A DNA stretch of 64,000 nt from Schmidtea nova. Taxonomy: Eukaryota. Shown here piece by piece: positions 22,501 to 30,821 of the stretch; position 1 is the stretch's first letter; each line of letters opens with the position of its first letter. The notes under the pieces are model-generated. The model was given only the letters and a program-made list of their open reading frames with translations. It was not told the origin of the DNA and searched no databases. The position numbers and the translations under genes were made by a program. The stretch lies in the NCBI GenBank assembly GCA_044892505.1, contig CM097883.1:18786001-18850000 (forward strand), in the 5' to 3' direction.

Positions 22501-25500
22501 GTGGAAACTGAAATTGAAGCCGTCAAAGTGCGATTGGGCAAAAGAAAAAGTGACATTCTTAGGTCACATTGTGTCAGCAAAAGGAAAAGAACCAGATCCA
22601 AGGAATATCGAAAAAGTCAAAGAATGTCCACCACCAAAGACAGTGACTCAAATACAAGAATTTTTGGGATTATGTGGATATTATCGAAAGTTCATCAAGG
22701 ACTATGCCGGAATATCAAAGCCAATGCAAGAATTGGTAAGACAAGATGTGTCGTTTGTATGGGGAGAAGAGCAGCAAACAGCATTTGAGACATTACGAGA
22801 CAAACTGATTACAGCACCAATATTAGTCCATCCAGATTTTAAGAAGCCATTTTTGTTAGCAACAGATGCAAGTGGATACGCAGCAGGAGCAGTACTAGGC
22901 CAATTCGATGAAGAAGGCAAGGAAAGAGTAATTGGATATTACAGTCGAACCTTCAGGAAACATGAAAGGAATTACTCAGTCACGGAAAGAGAAGCCTATG
23001 CGATAATATTGGCAATCAAGCATTTCAAGTACCTACTGTGGGGTCATGAAATATATATCACGACGGATCATCAACCATTGGTATGGTTAGGCCAACATAA
23101 AGAATCATCAAGTAGATTGATGCGTTGGGCGATGCAGTTGCAGGAATACTCACCGTTCATAAAGTTTAAAGCAGGAAAAGCAAATGCAAACGCGGATTGC
23201 ATGTCAAGGTTTACATTTCCAGAATTGGTGAACCTGAATGCTCAAAAAATATGTGCATTAATAGCGGAAGATTTGGATTTCAGCGAATTAAGGAAAGATC
23301 AACTCGAAGATGAGGAGTTGGGATTGATCAGCAAGTATCTGAAAGAAAGGGAAATGGAGATATTCGGCAAGAACCAAACGTTACGCGAACATATGCAGAA
23401 ATATCAGCACCGATATGTGATGGAAAAAGGATGGTTATTGATACAAGATGGAGAACGAAGATTAATGTGCTTACCTGCGAATAGGCGAAAGGAAATCATG
23501 ACTCAATATCATGACGGAAAATTAGGCGGACATATGTCAGCGAAAAAGACAATCGGGAGATTGAGACAAAAGTATTTTTGGCCAACCATGGAAGATGATG
23601 TGAAAGAATGGATAAAGAACTGCTTAACCTGTGCGACAAGAAAGAACGTCGGAACGAAGTGGAAAACACCACTAAAACCTATGCCAATACCTGCAGAACC
23701 AATGGCAACAATAGCAATGGATGTAGTTGGGCCATTGCCGGAAAGTTTAAAGGGGAATCAATATATCTTAGTAGTCACGGACTACCTAACGAAGTTCCCA
23801 GAAGCGTTCGCAATACCAGATCAAAAGGCGAAAACAGTCGCAAGAATATTGGTGGAAGAGATATGCTGCAGATATGGAACACCAAAGAAAATCCTAACGG
23901 ATCAAGGAACGAATTTCATGAGTGAAATATTGGACGAAGTTACGAATTACTTCCGAATTGCGAAATTACGGACATCCCCATACCATCCGCAAACGAACGG
24001 TCAAACAGAAAGGTTCAATGGAACATTAATACGCATGTTGTCGAATTACGTCAGCAAACATCAGACTGACTGGGATGAATATATCAACTTGTGTTTAATG
24101 GCATATAGAATGTCAATACATGCGGCAACAAAGCTAAGTCCATTTCAACTGATGTACGGAAGAGATTGCAACTTACCGATCGATTTAGAATACCAACCAC
24201 CATTATCACAATACATGGAGGTTGACGATTACGTTACAAAGTTCAAAGAAAGAATGCAAGAAATCTGGAAAACGGCGGAACTAAACATCAAGTTCTATCA
24301 AGAGAGTTATAAGGATCTACATGATCAGAAAAAGAATGTGAAAGCACATGATTTAAAAGTTGGAGATTGGGTGATAATCGAGACACCAGAGATAATACCC
24401 GTTACGGTCAAGAAACTCCAACGACCAGGCAAAGGGCCATACGAAATAACAACAGTAAATGAAAACAATGTGCGAGTACGATTGGTGAACAATCCATTGG
24501 TAAGACCAATATACGTGAATGCATGTCGATGCAGGAAAATACCAAAGACAGCAACTCTATCACCAGAGAAACGAGTGATGACAAGATCACAGACGGCGAG
24601 AATCAATATGTTACGAATACAACAAAAGTCGCAAACAAGTCTAGAAGACAACCAAAGGGAGATAATAGACATCAAAGAACTGGCAAAGAAAACCAGAGAA
24701 ATTATACCAGAATGGAAAAGGTGGCACGATTTCAATATACTGTCAGAAGTTCGAAAGAATGTAATGGATTATGCGAAGGATAGGACAGCACATCCAATAA
24801 CAAGAACGCTGCTCGAGGAAATCCCTCAAACATTGAATCTACAAGACAAAGACGGTAATACCGCGTTGCACAATGCAATCGAGCACAGTGGAAACGAAAA
24901 AGTGAAGGAAATTGTAGAGATGATACTCGAAGGTGGAGGAGAAATTGACAAAGTGAACTGGGAAGGAATTACTCCACTCATGATGATGACGATTCACGGA
25001 AGAAACGATGAAATAATCAAGCTATTCGGAAACACCAGATCGAATTGGTTGACAAAAGATAAAGAGGGACGAACATTCTTGAATCATGCAATTGATAGAG
25101 CGAATCACCGAATACTGAAGTATATCACGGAAAACGCCACGTGGGAAATCGATGAACTAACCAGAGGATCGATCATGAAACAAGCAATCGGGGTAAAGAA
25201 CAGTAAAACCTGGAGAATATTGCTAAAATGGAAACGACCAGAAGGAGATTCGTGGGTCGTAAATTGTAATGAAGTATTCACAAGGGGAGAAAATGCGTTA
25301 CTGAAACATCTATTGGAAGTAACATACGATCCAAAAACACTTGCAGTGTTGATAGCGAGAGATACGCTACGGGTTAGTGAAAACCCAAGAGAATACAAGT
25401 TGGAAGACAGGAAGAAAGAACTATTCGGATTAATCAAGAAATGGTGTGATAAGCAATGGAATCCGGATATGAGCTTCGAACATTTCTATGACATCCAAAA

Positions 25501-28500
25501 GCAGCACAAAGAAATAAGCAAGAGATATAAAGAGCTGATGGAAGCATTGAAATATGGACAATTCTTCAGACAAGCAGTGTATCAAGACCAACGGATGAAA
25601 CAGATGCAAACACGAATAAGAAGCAAAGCAGTGTTGTTCAGTGCAAAAGCCGATTATCAAGAGAGATTAGACGCAATCGTAGCAAAAGCACAGGAAAAAT
25701 TATCGGAATTCAAAGAGAATAAAAACTCGTTGGAAATACTAGGAGCAATTACAGAGAAAGTGCACAGATATGCACAAGGGGATTATAACGAGAGTGACAT
25801 AGAAACGATCAAGAATCAAATGCCAGTAGCATTCCTATTATCGAGGGATGGGAGATTGCCAATACACTGGGCATTACGTCGAAAGAAGGAAAACGAAGTG
25901 CTGGAAATAACGAAAGCGATGGTCAAGTGCGAAGCAGATATGAATACGGTTGATGATGATGGAGATACAATCATGATAATCGCAGCAAGAAAGAAGACGA
26001 ACTTTAAAGTGCTAAGTGAATTATACGAAGCAGGAGCAAGAATCGAAGGGAAAAATGGAAAGAATAATTCCATCATAGATATCGCAATACAATGGAACAA
26101 CTTTGAAATGATCAAGTTCATAAAGTCCATCAAGAGACAAGAGGACATAGAATACCTGGCGAATAACGTAAAGAATTTCAGTCTGACAGTAATGATACAC
26201 GACATAGAGAAAACGAGAGCATTACTAACATGGGTGAATCCGATCACCAAGGAACCGGCATTCAAGATCAATGACAATATGGAACAAAATCAGAATTGGT
26301 GTATCAGAAGCGCATTATTAAGACACAAAAAGCCAGAGATAGTAGAAGAATTCCTAAAGAGAAGAGATTTGAAATTCACGAACAATCCAAAGGAACAGGA
26401 ACGAATGGGAAGATGGAAAGAATTGTTCAGAAAATATGTAAATGAGTGGGCAAATGCCAAAGAAACAATCAAGCAAAGTAGACTAAAAGACATGGAACCA
26501 TTCAAAGAGATGGAAATACGTGAATTCGAGTCTAGCACACTCGCGGTTCAGGCGTATGAAAGATTGATTGAAGAAATTAATGTCGAGGACGACATTTTCA
26601 AAGGATCAGGGGGTGGTTACAGAGATTTCGACGACAAAAGCAACAACGAAGAGAACAACGAAGACAATGACAACAAAAGAACGGAGGATAATGAAAAAGA
26701 AAGACAAGAAGAACCGAAGCCAACGAGAAACGACAAGAAAAGAGAAGCAGAAGAACGAGAAAACAATGGAACAAAAGACGAACGTACAAACTATGGAAAA
26801 CGAACAGGAAGTCTACTTTTGAGACCGGAAATGTTGTGTATTGCGATATTGATAACAATCATCGGACAAGGAGAAGCCAAGAAACAATACGTCACGCTAG
26901 AGATAATCAGAGGAAATGAAATATATGAAAGAATATGCTGGAAAGAAAACCTGAAGAAAAACGATACGCTGAAGTGTATATTGTCAGATCTGAAGCGAGA
27001 CGTCATCCAAATCAAAGGATTGGAGAAAGAAAAGTCATACATAATATGCGCAATAAAGCAGAGAGGAGAACCAAAAGCACCTCAAGTAACTGCATGCCAA
27101 TTATACAAAGCAACGGAAGCGCTGAAGATACAGAAATGGATTGAGAAAAGAAGCGAAGAGACAACGAGAAGAACAGAAGTGGAATCAGAGAAAGGGAAGA
27201 ATCAATCTGAAGCAGAAGAAGGAATCAGAAACCGAACAGAGAAAGAAAGAATAACCAAAAATCCAGCGGGCAAATTAACATTCCAACCAGAATTGATATG
27301 TGTAGCATTAATATTAATCCTCATTAAGAGAATCATGGAGGACATAGATATCAGCGTGATGACGTTAGTAAACATCCAAGATCAACGAACAACGAATGGA
27401 AGATGTTGGGGACGAAACAATGAGGTAATTGGAATCAGCGAAACAAGAGAAATAGTAGAGGCGGAGACAAATGAGGAAATAGAGATAACTGAAATAGAGA
27501 CAGATAGAAAATATGAACTATGTCTCATGGAAAAGGCAGCAAACGGAAACAGACCAGGAACAAGCGAGTGTAAAGTGTTCCAAGCAAAGGAGATAATTGA
27601 ATTCCCAAAAAGAAAGAAACAAGATCAAGAAACGATTGCGAATGAAGTAGTAACCGTGGAGATAAAAAACATTGGTCGGAGAACAATTGGGATGTGTTGG
27701 AGAAAATACATCGGAGTATCGACCAGTCACGTACTACCGCAATGCAGAACGAGAGAACGAGGAATCCCGTTTCAACTAAATGGATTCGAAGTCGGACAAG
27801 CTTACGAAATTTGCGTAATCCGAAGAATAAGAGAAGTAATACAAAGAAGCCTGGAGTGCAGACTGTACAAGACGCCAGAGCAAATTAACGGTACAAGAAC
27901 GATCGAAATGGGAGGAAGTCGACAAAGGAAAAGAAAGTCAAGAAGAACCACGACAACCAACAGTCAAGGAACTCAACAGACAACAGAAGGGACGTCAACA
28001 AAAAACGAACCGGAATCAACGACCCTGATAATATGGAAGATCCATAAAAAGGTCCTAGAAATCTGTTGGACATTAATGCCAAACAGTATGAGAGAGTCTC
28101 CACGAAACTGTCAAAAGACATCAAATGACAAAAGGGAAACAATCGAGGTAGAAATGAGGAGGTTGAAAACAAACGCAGAATACGAAGTGTGTGCAATCGA
28201 AGAAGTAGACGCACAAGGAAATCAACAAGAAAGGTGCGAAACCTATTACACGCCAAGGAACATAACGATAAAAGGGGGAACCCGCAAGTTAGAATTCCGA
28301 GAATTGAGTCAGAAAAGAGAACAAACAGAGACGGAGGAAATACTACAAAATCAACAAGAAAGATGGGAACCCGAGAAAGTGATCGAAGAAGTCAGACAGA
28401 GACAACAACAATACAAACAATGGGAAGCGGAATGGAAAGGTCAATATGGCGTGATGATAAACCAAAGTGAAACTCCGAAGATGAGCATTGGGAAAACAAT

Positions 28501-28753
28501 AATGGGATTAATCAGCATGGGAGTATTCATAGGGTGTATACCACTGATAATGGTCATGATAGTATGTTGGAGATATGGCATGAGAAATAAGACCATAGCA
28601 GTAAAATGGCCAGACGTAAAGGTCATGAATTATAACATAAAACTACCAAAAGAAGTACGAGAAGAACTGAAAAGACGATCAAGACATGAAGAGATGTGGG
28701 TACAGATCGAGGACGAAGAACTGTACGAAGGAAAACCCGTGGTGATTGTATAG
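16556..28753 (+). CDS. pol: 4065-aa polyprotein: Ubl-Ubl-Bcl2like-SP-glycoprotein-TM-PR-RT-RNaseH-IN-ANK-ANK-FN3like x4-TM
   Basis: One uninterrupted ORF with IDTGA (PR), YIDD (RT), LATDAS (RH), H-H-C-C plus D-D-E and GPY (IN), and the extra domains listed separately. Confidence 0.95.
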   Translation: MGKEMFKRGEVSDLKITVRLPNEETKQIEVIPDSKVGEIVDVINETILQREREDEFEDDIAIKYKEHLLNERDERRAYKIGIWDNYQTIHVIRMDDVQRATPRDEERKKKRREDVMRKLRQIVEIYRNWQMKPEWETILGELDLNRRRLTPVERQWDNKEKCWKVKRGVYEEDPEGEDRYETNTKRICMVTRRILPTDLDGPETAVIWAELEKLKTSELIELLRGNTRGKRQTIKGLAQFIISNGEDITNLRKVAKAIAEYKRVNEWCPEQLDDVIKKWRNKEFAEETPQKIHLRIMYPNQRKEEFWVMLTEKVKSVKEKLMYELPFHLQHQGRSLDNNLEIWLTPVQLDLMNTLTVAQIVGQPLKFKEEKKAKGSMSTPSPMKSTMTPGTSSGQVRTTPIKTRERTPPEAYDVDEILTDSDEAIEELTKLTQKPTANIFDRIIQMPITSPAEIDDQGVEQEVVIEMVNDSEDEQGQPQFTQEMERWLEQRANEGRDVTEETGRATRFVETGTGMEKRPRGRPKIDPATTIPKSREERRQEQWETCLKKLDKIAEIRGKEENQVCQGEEWLTKTIMDVLAVIDPELKNLWRINEPSTKARMLHNAIAPIMPELIKAKTKSNHLDWQGTTMLIKKLLNGTETDSKYLVAISYTIYNLLTLSRGSPKSSPMGRHIKNTAMIIEKEIEPYILRKGGWEKFIKENQTKEGSNVMRKKLEGVLREMENRQTMQGNGRSTLNLNSIIMMMLVWLLSTEGVTIFEVFDCDQMKLGEKYSLRGTEQCKDATPVELKENKKEQWYHVYQEAELIKTMVNECKVQKTRFAFYCGRGHYSAIVMPGTEREPIVLQGEDCEALFKHGEVTTRDKIKIKGKPGMMLQQTYYVAGRITGGEGYCQGETYPIFGVPATNLVVMDTYIVELKSYEAFFEPTTGEMKTLSMCKIDRSMCQTGMSTLVYKPKVNECQLQLLQGTKFDEIQGKTFQEEDEDDKARAKHLKEALENKRQLKPDHREKRIEMRTTPTVLITTNQDVGMRFIKGKATLKCSTTVYETNYPGIYVSKQEVPNAKPKIDTMDIKLHLYVNNKMDFLFHRGQASLQKVYYDLINNDCILNREILKTKLAVAITNPDSAMPLLPLREGHFGRVVGEAMYVYICEKTHASLAATTQLKPGQCTNELEIDYKGKVRYVQPVTRIINPPGFEPNPFNCSNAYGPLYQKPDGKWVMFPGRTEVLAPREFELMQLSKDRQFSDVDVSNNGIYSPKDLEAARQNILFPARREALLSNIVTITGGTNYREGPNYELLLSPAHFKKATENMMKAMWGRFLIFGQMMAGILGVILIIQIVRVIITQMLACFDIYKREKKVNWKMVVGFLPFLAKTMVLHGHSKDIHRIKRLLKILAKMKGTNEDVGRKFKKIMQDEQARRQLKKERKGLWERVRGYRTQDDSSNDDDDDDDRGGQANINQIPQYTEKSAVENWRYSAPPQSMYNEPIYKAKPNMMQMMPMTSIYPIIPEGCKVKRGSSVNSLEDTHTIAVMSTNMGPILTTTVEINGREIEAMIDTGANISAIDINYIPEKNQGEIEKTNVHVIACSQETVEVAGRWFVKIRHRGAEINTYIAVIPSLSVPCIIGTDLMPDLFKEIVIDLGAMKLKDRTGKICRMKVKVASAEQIVVPARHEMMCYVKIDSTIKGDMVFEPSKKFEAKKELPMARELVTINQEGEIPINLVNFDEEDKIIYENEKLGKLTPMSEIEIPDKNEKSKDELPWKIDSVLLDERQKEQLQKLLMEYKDIFAASDLDLGTCDVTLHTIPLTDETPIALRPYKLAEAQKTVAEEEVQKMLDAEVIEPSCSPWQFPVVMVKKKDGTQRFCIDYRRLNAVTKRDTYPLPDINEMLLTLQGAAYFTSLDLKSGYWQIKMKDEDKEKTAFTIGRDLYQFKKMPFGLTNAPASFQRCMNFVTHGIKQCMVYIDDLLIYSATFEDHLQDIRNVFVKLRQWKLKLKPSKCDWAKEKVTFLGHIVSAKGKEPDPRNIEKVKECPPPKTVTQIQEFLGLCGYYRKFIKDYAGISKPMQELVRQDVSFVWGEEQQTAFETLRDKLITAPILVHPDFKKPFLLATDASGYAAGAVLGQFDEEGKERVIGYYSRTFRKHERNYSVTEREAYAIILAIKHFKYLLWGHEIYITTDHQPLVWLGQHKESSSRLMRWAMQLQEYSPFIKFKAGKANANADCMSRFTFPELVNLNAQKICALIAEDLDFSELRKDQLEDEELGLISKYLKEREMEIFGKNQTLREHMQKYQHRYVMEKGWLLIQDGERRLMCLPANRRKEIMTQYHDGKLGGHMSAKKTIGRLRQKYFWPTMEDDVKEWIKNCLTCATRKNVGTKWKTPLKPMPIPAEPMATIAMDVVGPLPESLKGNQYILVVTDYLTKFPEAFAIPDQKAKTVARILVEEICCRYGTPKKILTDQGTNFMSEILDEVTNYFRIAKLRTSPYHPQTNGQTERFNGTLIRMLSNYVSKHQTDWDEYINLCLMAYRMSIHAATKLSPFQLMYGRDCNLPIDLEYQPPLSQYMEVDDYVTKFKERMQEIWKTAELNIKFYQESYKDLHDQKKNVKAHDLKVGDWVIIETPEIIPVTVKKLQRPGKGPYEITTVNENNVRVRLVNNPLVRPIYVNACRCRKIPKTATLSPEKRVMTRSQTARINMLRIQQKSQTSLEDNQREIIDIKELAKKTREIIPEWKRWHDFNILSEVRKNVMDYAKDRTAHPITRTLLEEIPQTLNLQDKDGNTALHNAIEHSGNEKVKEIVEMILEGGGEIDKVNWEGITPLMMMTIHGRNDEIIKLFGNTRSNWLTKDKEGRTFLNHAIDRANHRILKYITENATWEIDELTRGSIMKQAIGVKNSKTWRILLKWKRPEGDSWVVNCNEVFTRGENALLKHLLEVTYDPKTLAVLIARDTLRVSENPREYKLEDRKKELFGLIKKWCDKQWNPDMSFEHFYDIQKQHKEISKRYKELMEALKYGQFFRQAVYQDQRMKQMQTRIRSKAVLFSAKADYQERLDAIVAKAQEKLSEFKENKNSLEILGAITEKVHRYAQGDYNESDIETIKNQMPVAFLLSRDGRLPIHWALRRKKENEVLEITKAMVKCEADMNTVDDDGDTIMIIAARKKTNFKVLSELYEAGARIEGKNGKNNSIIDIAIQWNNFEMIKFIKSIKRQEDIEYLANNVKNFSLTVMIHDIEKTRALLTWVNPITKEPAFKINDNMEQNQNWCIRSALLRHKKPEIVEEFLKRRDLKFTNNPKEQERMGRWKELFRKYVNEWANAKETIKQSRLKDMEPFKEMEIREFESSTLAVQAYERLIEEINVEDDIFKGSGGGYRDFDDKSNNEENNEDNDNKRTEDNEKERQEEPKPTRNDKKREAEERENNGTKDERTNYGKRTGSLLLRPEMLCIAILITIIGQGEAKKQYVTLEIIRGNEIYERICWKENLKKNDTLKCILSDLKRDVIQIKGLEKEKSYIICAIKQRGEPKAPQVTACQLYKATEALKIQKWIEKRSEETTRRTEVESEKGKNQSEAEEGIRNRTEKERITKNPAGKLTFQPELICVALILILIKRIMEDIDISVMTLVNIQDQRTTNGRCWGRNNEVIGISETREIVEAETNEEIEITEIETDRKYELCLMEKAANGNRPGTSECKVFQAKEIIEFPKRKKQDQETIANEVVTVEIKNIGRRTIGMCWRKYIGVSTSHVLPQCRTRERGIPFQLNGFEVGQAYEICVIRRIREVIQRSLECRLYKTPEQINGTRTIEMGGSRQRKRKSRRTTTTNSQGTQQTTEGTSTKNEPESTTLIIWKIHKKVLEICWTLMPNSMRESPRNCQKTSNDKRETIEVEMRRLKTNAEYEVCAIEEVDAQGNQQERCETYYTPRNITIKGGTRKLEFRELSQKREQTETEEILQNQQERWEPEKVIEEVRQRQQQYKQWEAEWKGQYGVMINQSETPKMSIGKTIMGLISMGVFIGCIPLIMVMIVCWRYGMRNKTIAVKWPDVKVMNYNIKLPKEVREELKRRSRHEEMWVQIEDEELYEGKPVVIV
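18180..18660 (+). other. Bcl-2-family-like domain in the polyprotein
   Basis: EIEPYILRKGGWEKFIK resembles BH2 (Bcl-xL HLEPWIQENGGWDTFVE). KYLVAIS sits at the Bcl-xL spacing of GRIVAFF, but the NWGR signature is lost. Confidence 0.65.
18760..20680 (+). other. env: Signal peptide + chuvirus/herpes-gB-type (class III-like) envelope glycoprotein + TM
   Basis: IIMMMLVWLLSTEG signal; FEVFDC...YSL...C; YQEAELIKTMVNECKVQKTRFAFYCGRGHYS; Cys-rich ectodomain; MWGRFLIFGQMMAGILGVILIIQIVRVII anchor. These resemble Chuviridae G proteins as I recall them. Confidence 0.8.
21140..24520 (+). other. Protease, reverse transcriptase, RNase H and integrase core of the polyprotein
   Basis: DTG 21203-21211; YIDD 22418-22429; TDAS about 22862; integrase HHCC about 23510-23640, IAMDVVGPL, LTDQGTNF, GQTERFN, GPY about 24435. 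Confidence 0.97.
24830..26130 (+). other. Two ankyrin-repeat clusters C-terminal to integrase
   Basis: QDKDGNTALHNAI, VNWEGITPLMMM and KDKEGRTFLNHAI (about 24830-25130); SRDGRLPIHWAL, DDDGDTIMIIAA and NGKNNSIIDIAI (about 25830-26130). Confidence 0.85.
26820..28580 (+). other. Membrane-protein module: two signal-like hydrophobic segments, four Cys-containing FN3-like repeats, C-terminal TM
   Basis: Repeats with CW...(L/I/F)xxxxxYx(I/L/V)C...C at about 26885, 27350, 27645 and 28020; RPEMLCIAILITII and QPELICVALILILI segments; TM IMGLISMGVFIGCIPLIMVMIVCW. Confidence 0.6.
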
Positions 28754-28877
28754 AGGGTGGAATATGAGTGTAAATAATAGTGTAAAAACCAATGCATAAC
28801 CGTATACGTATGGGTATAAATATTATAAAACATAAAAACAGAAAAAAAGAGAATGATGTATATAATCTAGAAAAACA

Positions 28878-29228
28878 ATGAACCAAGAAAATATCGAGAT
28901 GTCAACGATGACAAGATGGAAAGTGCAATGTGACCTGCTAGCCAGAACAGTAAACGAATTACAGAGCCAGTTGACGGCCAAAACGCAATTATTAACCGAA
29001 AGTTATAACTGTAATTTCGAAGCAATGAACAAAATCGAGATCCAACAAATACAGATAAACGAATTACAGAACGAGAACCGAACATTGAATGAAGTGAACA
29101 ATTGGCAAGCAGAGGAAATTGACCGATTAACGAGACATGAAGAGGAAGAGATACCGGACAGTTGGACGAGCTGGATTGTAAATGAGATAGACGTGTATCC
29201 AGAGCCAGATTCAACTGAGGATGTATAG
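28878..29228 (+). CDS. 116-aa coiled-coil accessory protein
   Basis: Intact ATG-TAG ORF with the element's codon bias, heptad-like Q/E/L pattern, ending PEPDSTEDV. Confidence 0.7.
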   Translation: MNQENIEMSTMTRWKVQCDLLARTVNELQSQLTAKTQLLTESYNCNFEAMNKIEIQQIQINELQNENRTLNEVNNWQAEEIDRLTRHEEEEIPDSWTSWIVNEIDVYPEPDSTEDV

Positions 29229-29319
29229 TGAATAAGCGGAAAATTGTGTAAATACGTGTAAATAAAGAACCAGAAAAAAATCAAAAATATGGGGAAATTG
29301 ATGTAAATATTGTTGTAGA

Positions 29320-30732
29320 ATGAGAGCAGAAAGTGAAGCAGATTACCAAACAATCGAGATCCTAAGAGGAGAGAATCGACAATGGGGAGTAAATGTGACG
29401 TGTGTAAAGTGTAAAAATCTACTGTTAAAACCGAGGCAAACGGAATGTGGATGCAGGATGTGCACCAAGTGTATATTGCAAATAATCAGTGAAAGTGAGA
29501 CAAGAAAGTGTCCAGAGTGTGACGATAAACTACTAATCAACGAGACGAAACCAGACAAAGCAATCCAAAAGGAGATCTGGAAGATAAAAACAGAGTGTAT
29601 AAACCAACCATGCGAATGGAAAGGACAAATAATCGAACTAAGACAACATCTGGAGAAATGCGAAAACAAGAAAGCAACATGTGAAAAGTGTCAACAGACG
29701 ATAACCATCAAGCAGTTGAAAAGTCACAAGAACGAGTGCAAAGCAGAGATAATAGAGTGTCAATACTGCAAACAAAGAGAGACGAGAGAAGTAATCGAAA
29801 CAGAACATCTCAACGTAGCAGAAGAGAAAGTGTGTGGAAAATTCAGAGGAATTTGTCCAAGTAATTGTGGAGCCAGAGAAGAGGTGATGTTGAAAGAACA
29901 TTGGGAACAGTGCGAATCAAGACCAAGAAAGTGCGTATGGAGTAAACAAGGATGTGTAGTAAAGAAAACGAGCAAAGAGATGAAAGAGCATTTGGAAACG
30001 GAAACAGTACAACACGCCGAGATGTTAACAGCAAATTTGAACGGAATGGAACAAACCATACAGAAGCTGGGAAAAGAAATCGAATCTCAGAGAATAATGA
30101 CGGAGCTGTTACTAGAAACAAGAGAGCAATTCGAGCTCACCAGAGAGAAAATGATGGAGAAAATCAAAGTCATAGAGACGCTAGTAAAAGAAGTAAACGT
30201 GCGGCATCAAATGTGGGTGCGAGATGCAGAGGATATCGAGAGTTTACCTGTTGCACTATATATATGGAAAATCAAGAATTTCAACGAAAAGTTCGCAGCA
30301 GCAAAAGCAGGAAGTCAGGTGTCGGTAACAAGTCCACCATTCTATCTGTGGAAAAATGGATACAAAGTTCGAATGAGAATTTATCCAAATGGAGATGGAT
30401 CGGGAAAGGAAACGCATGTGTCATTATTCTTCGCGTTGTGTAAAGGTGGTTACGACGACATATTAGAATGGCCGCTAGAAACAAAGGCTATAATGAGAGT
30501 GAAAAACTCGAAAGAAACAATAGCGAGAATATTCAAAATTGATGGTAAGCACGAAGCTTACAAAAGACCGACCACAGAATGTTCATTAGCGACTGGAGAA
30601 CCAAAATTCATACCACACCAAACCATGTGGGAAATGTTGTACGACGACAACTTATATGTAGAGTTGGAGATCGAAAAGAAAGCAAGTACAACAATGATGA
30701 ACACGAAGTCAACGAAAGGATGGTTGGAATAG
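29320..30732 (+). CDS. TRAF: TRAF-like protein (RING, TRAF zinc fingers, coiled coil, MATH/TRAF-C domain), intronless
   Basis: CVKCKNLLLKPRQTECGCRMCTKC...CPEC RING; CEWKG...HLEKC zinc fingers; YIWKIKNF...SPPFY...GYKVRMRIYPNGDGSGKETHVSLFF...DDILEWP MATH. Confidence 0.93.
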   Translation: MRAESEADYQTIEILRGENRQWGVNVTCVKCKNLLLKPRQTECGCRMCTKCILQIISESETRKCPECDDKLLINETKPDKAIQKEIWKIKTECINQPCEWKGQIIELRQHLEKCENKKATCEKCQQTITIKQLKSHKNECKAEIIECQYCKQRETREVIETEHLNVAEEKVCGKFRGICPSNCGAREEVMLKEHWEQCESRPRKCVWSKQGCVVKKTSKEMKEHLETETVQHAEMLTANLNGMEQTIQKLGKEIESQRIMTELLLETREQFELTREKMMEKIKVIETLVKEVNVRHQMWVRDAEDIESLPVALYIWKIKNFNEKFAAAKAGSQVSVTSPPFYLWKNGYKVRMRIYPNGDGSGKETHVSLFFALCKGGYDDILEWPLETKAIMRVKNSKETIARIFKIDGKHEAYKRPTTECSLATGEPKFIPHQTMWEMLYDDNLYVELEIEKKASTTMMNTKSTKGWLE

Positions 30733-30821
30733 TCAGAATGAACGACCCTGTAAATAAAGTGTAAAAATCGACGACAACAATAAACGTATAGTATAACAAG
30801 TGTAAATTTGTAAATTACAGA

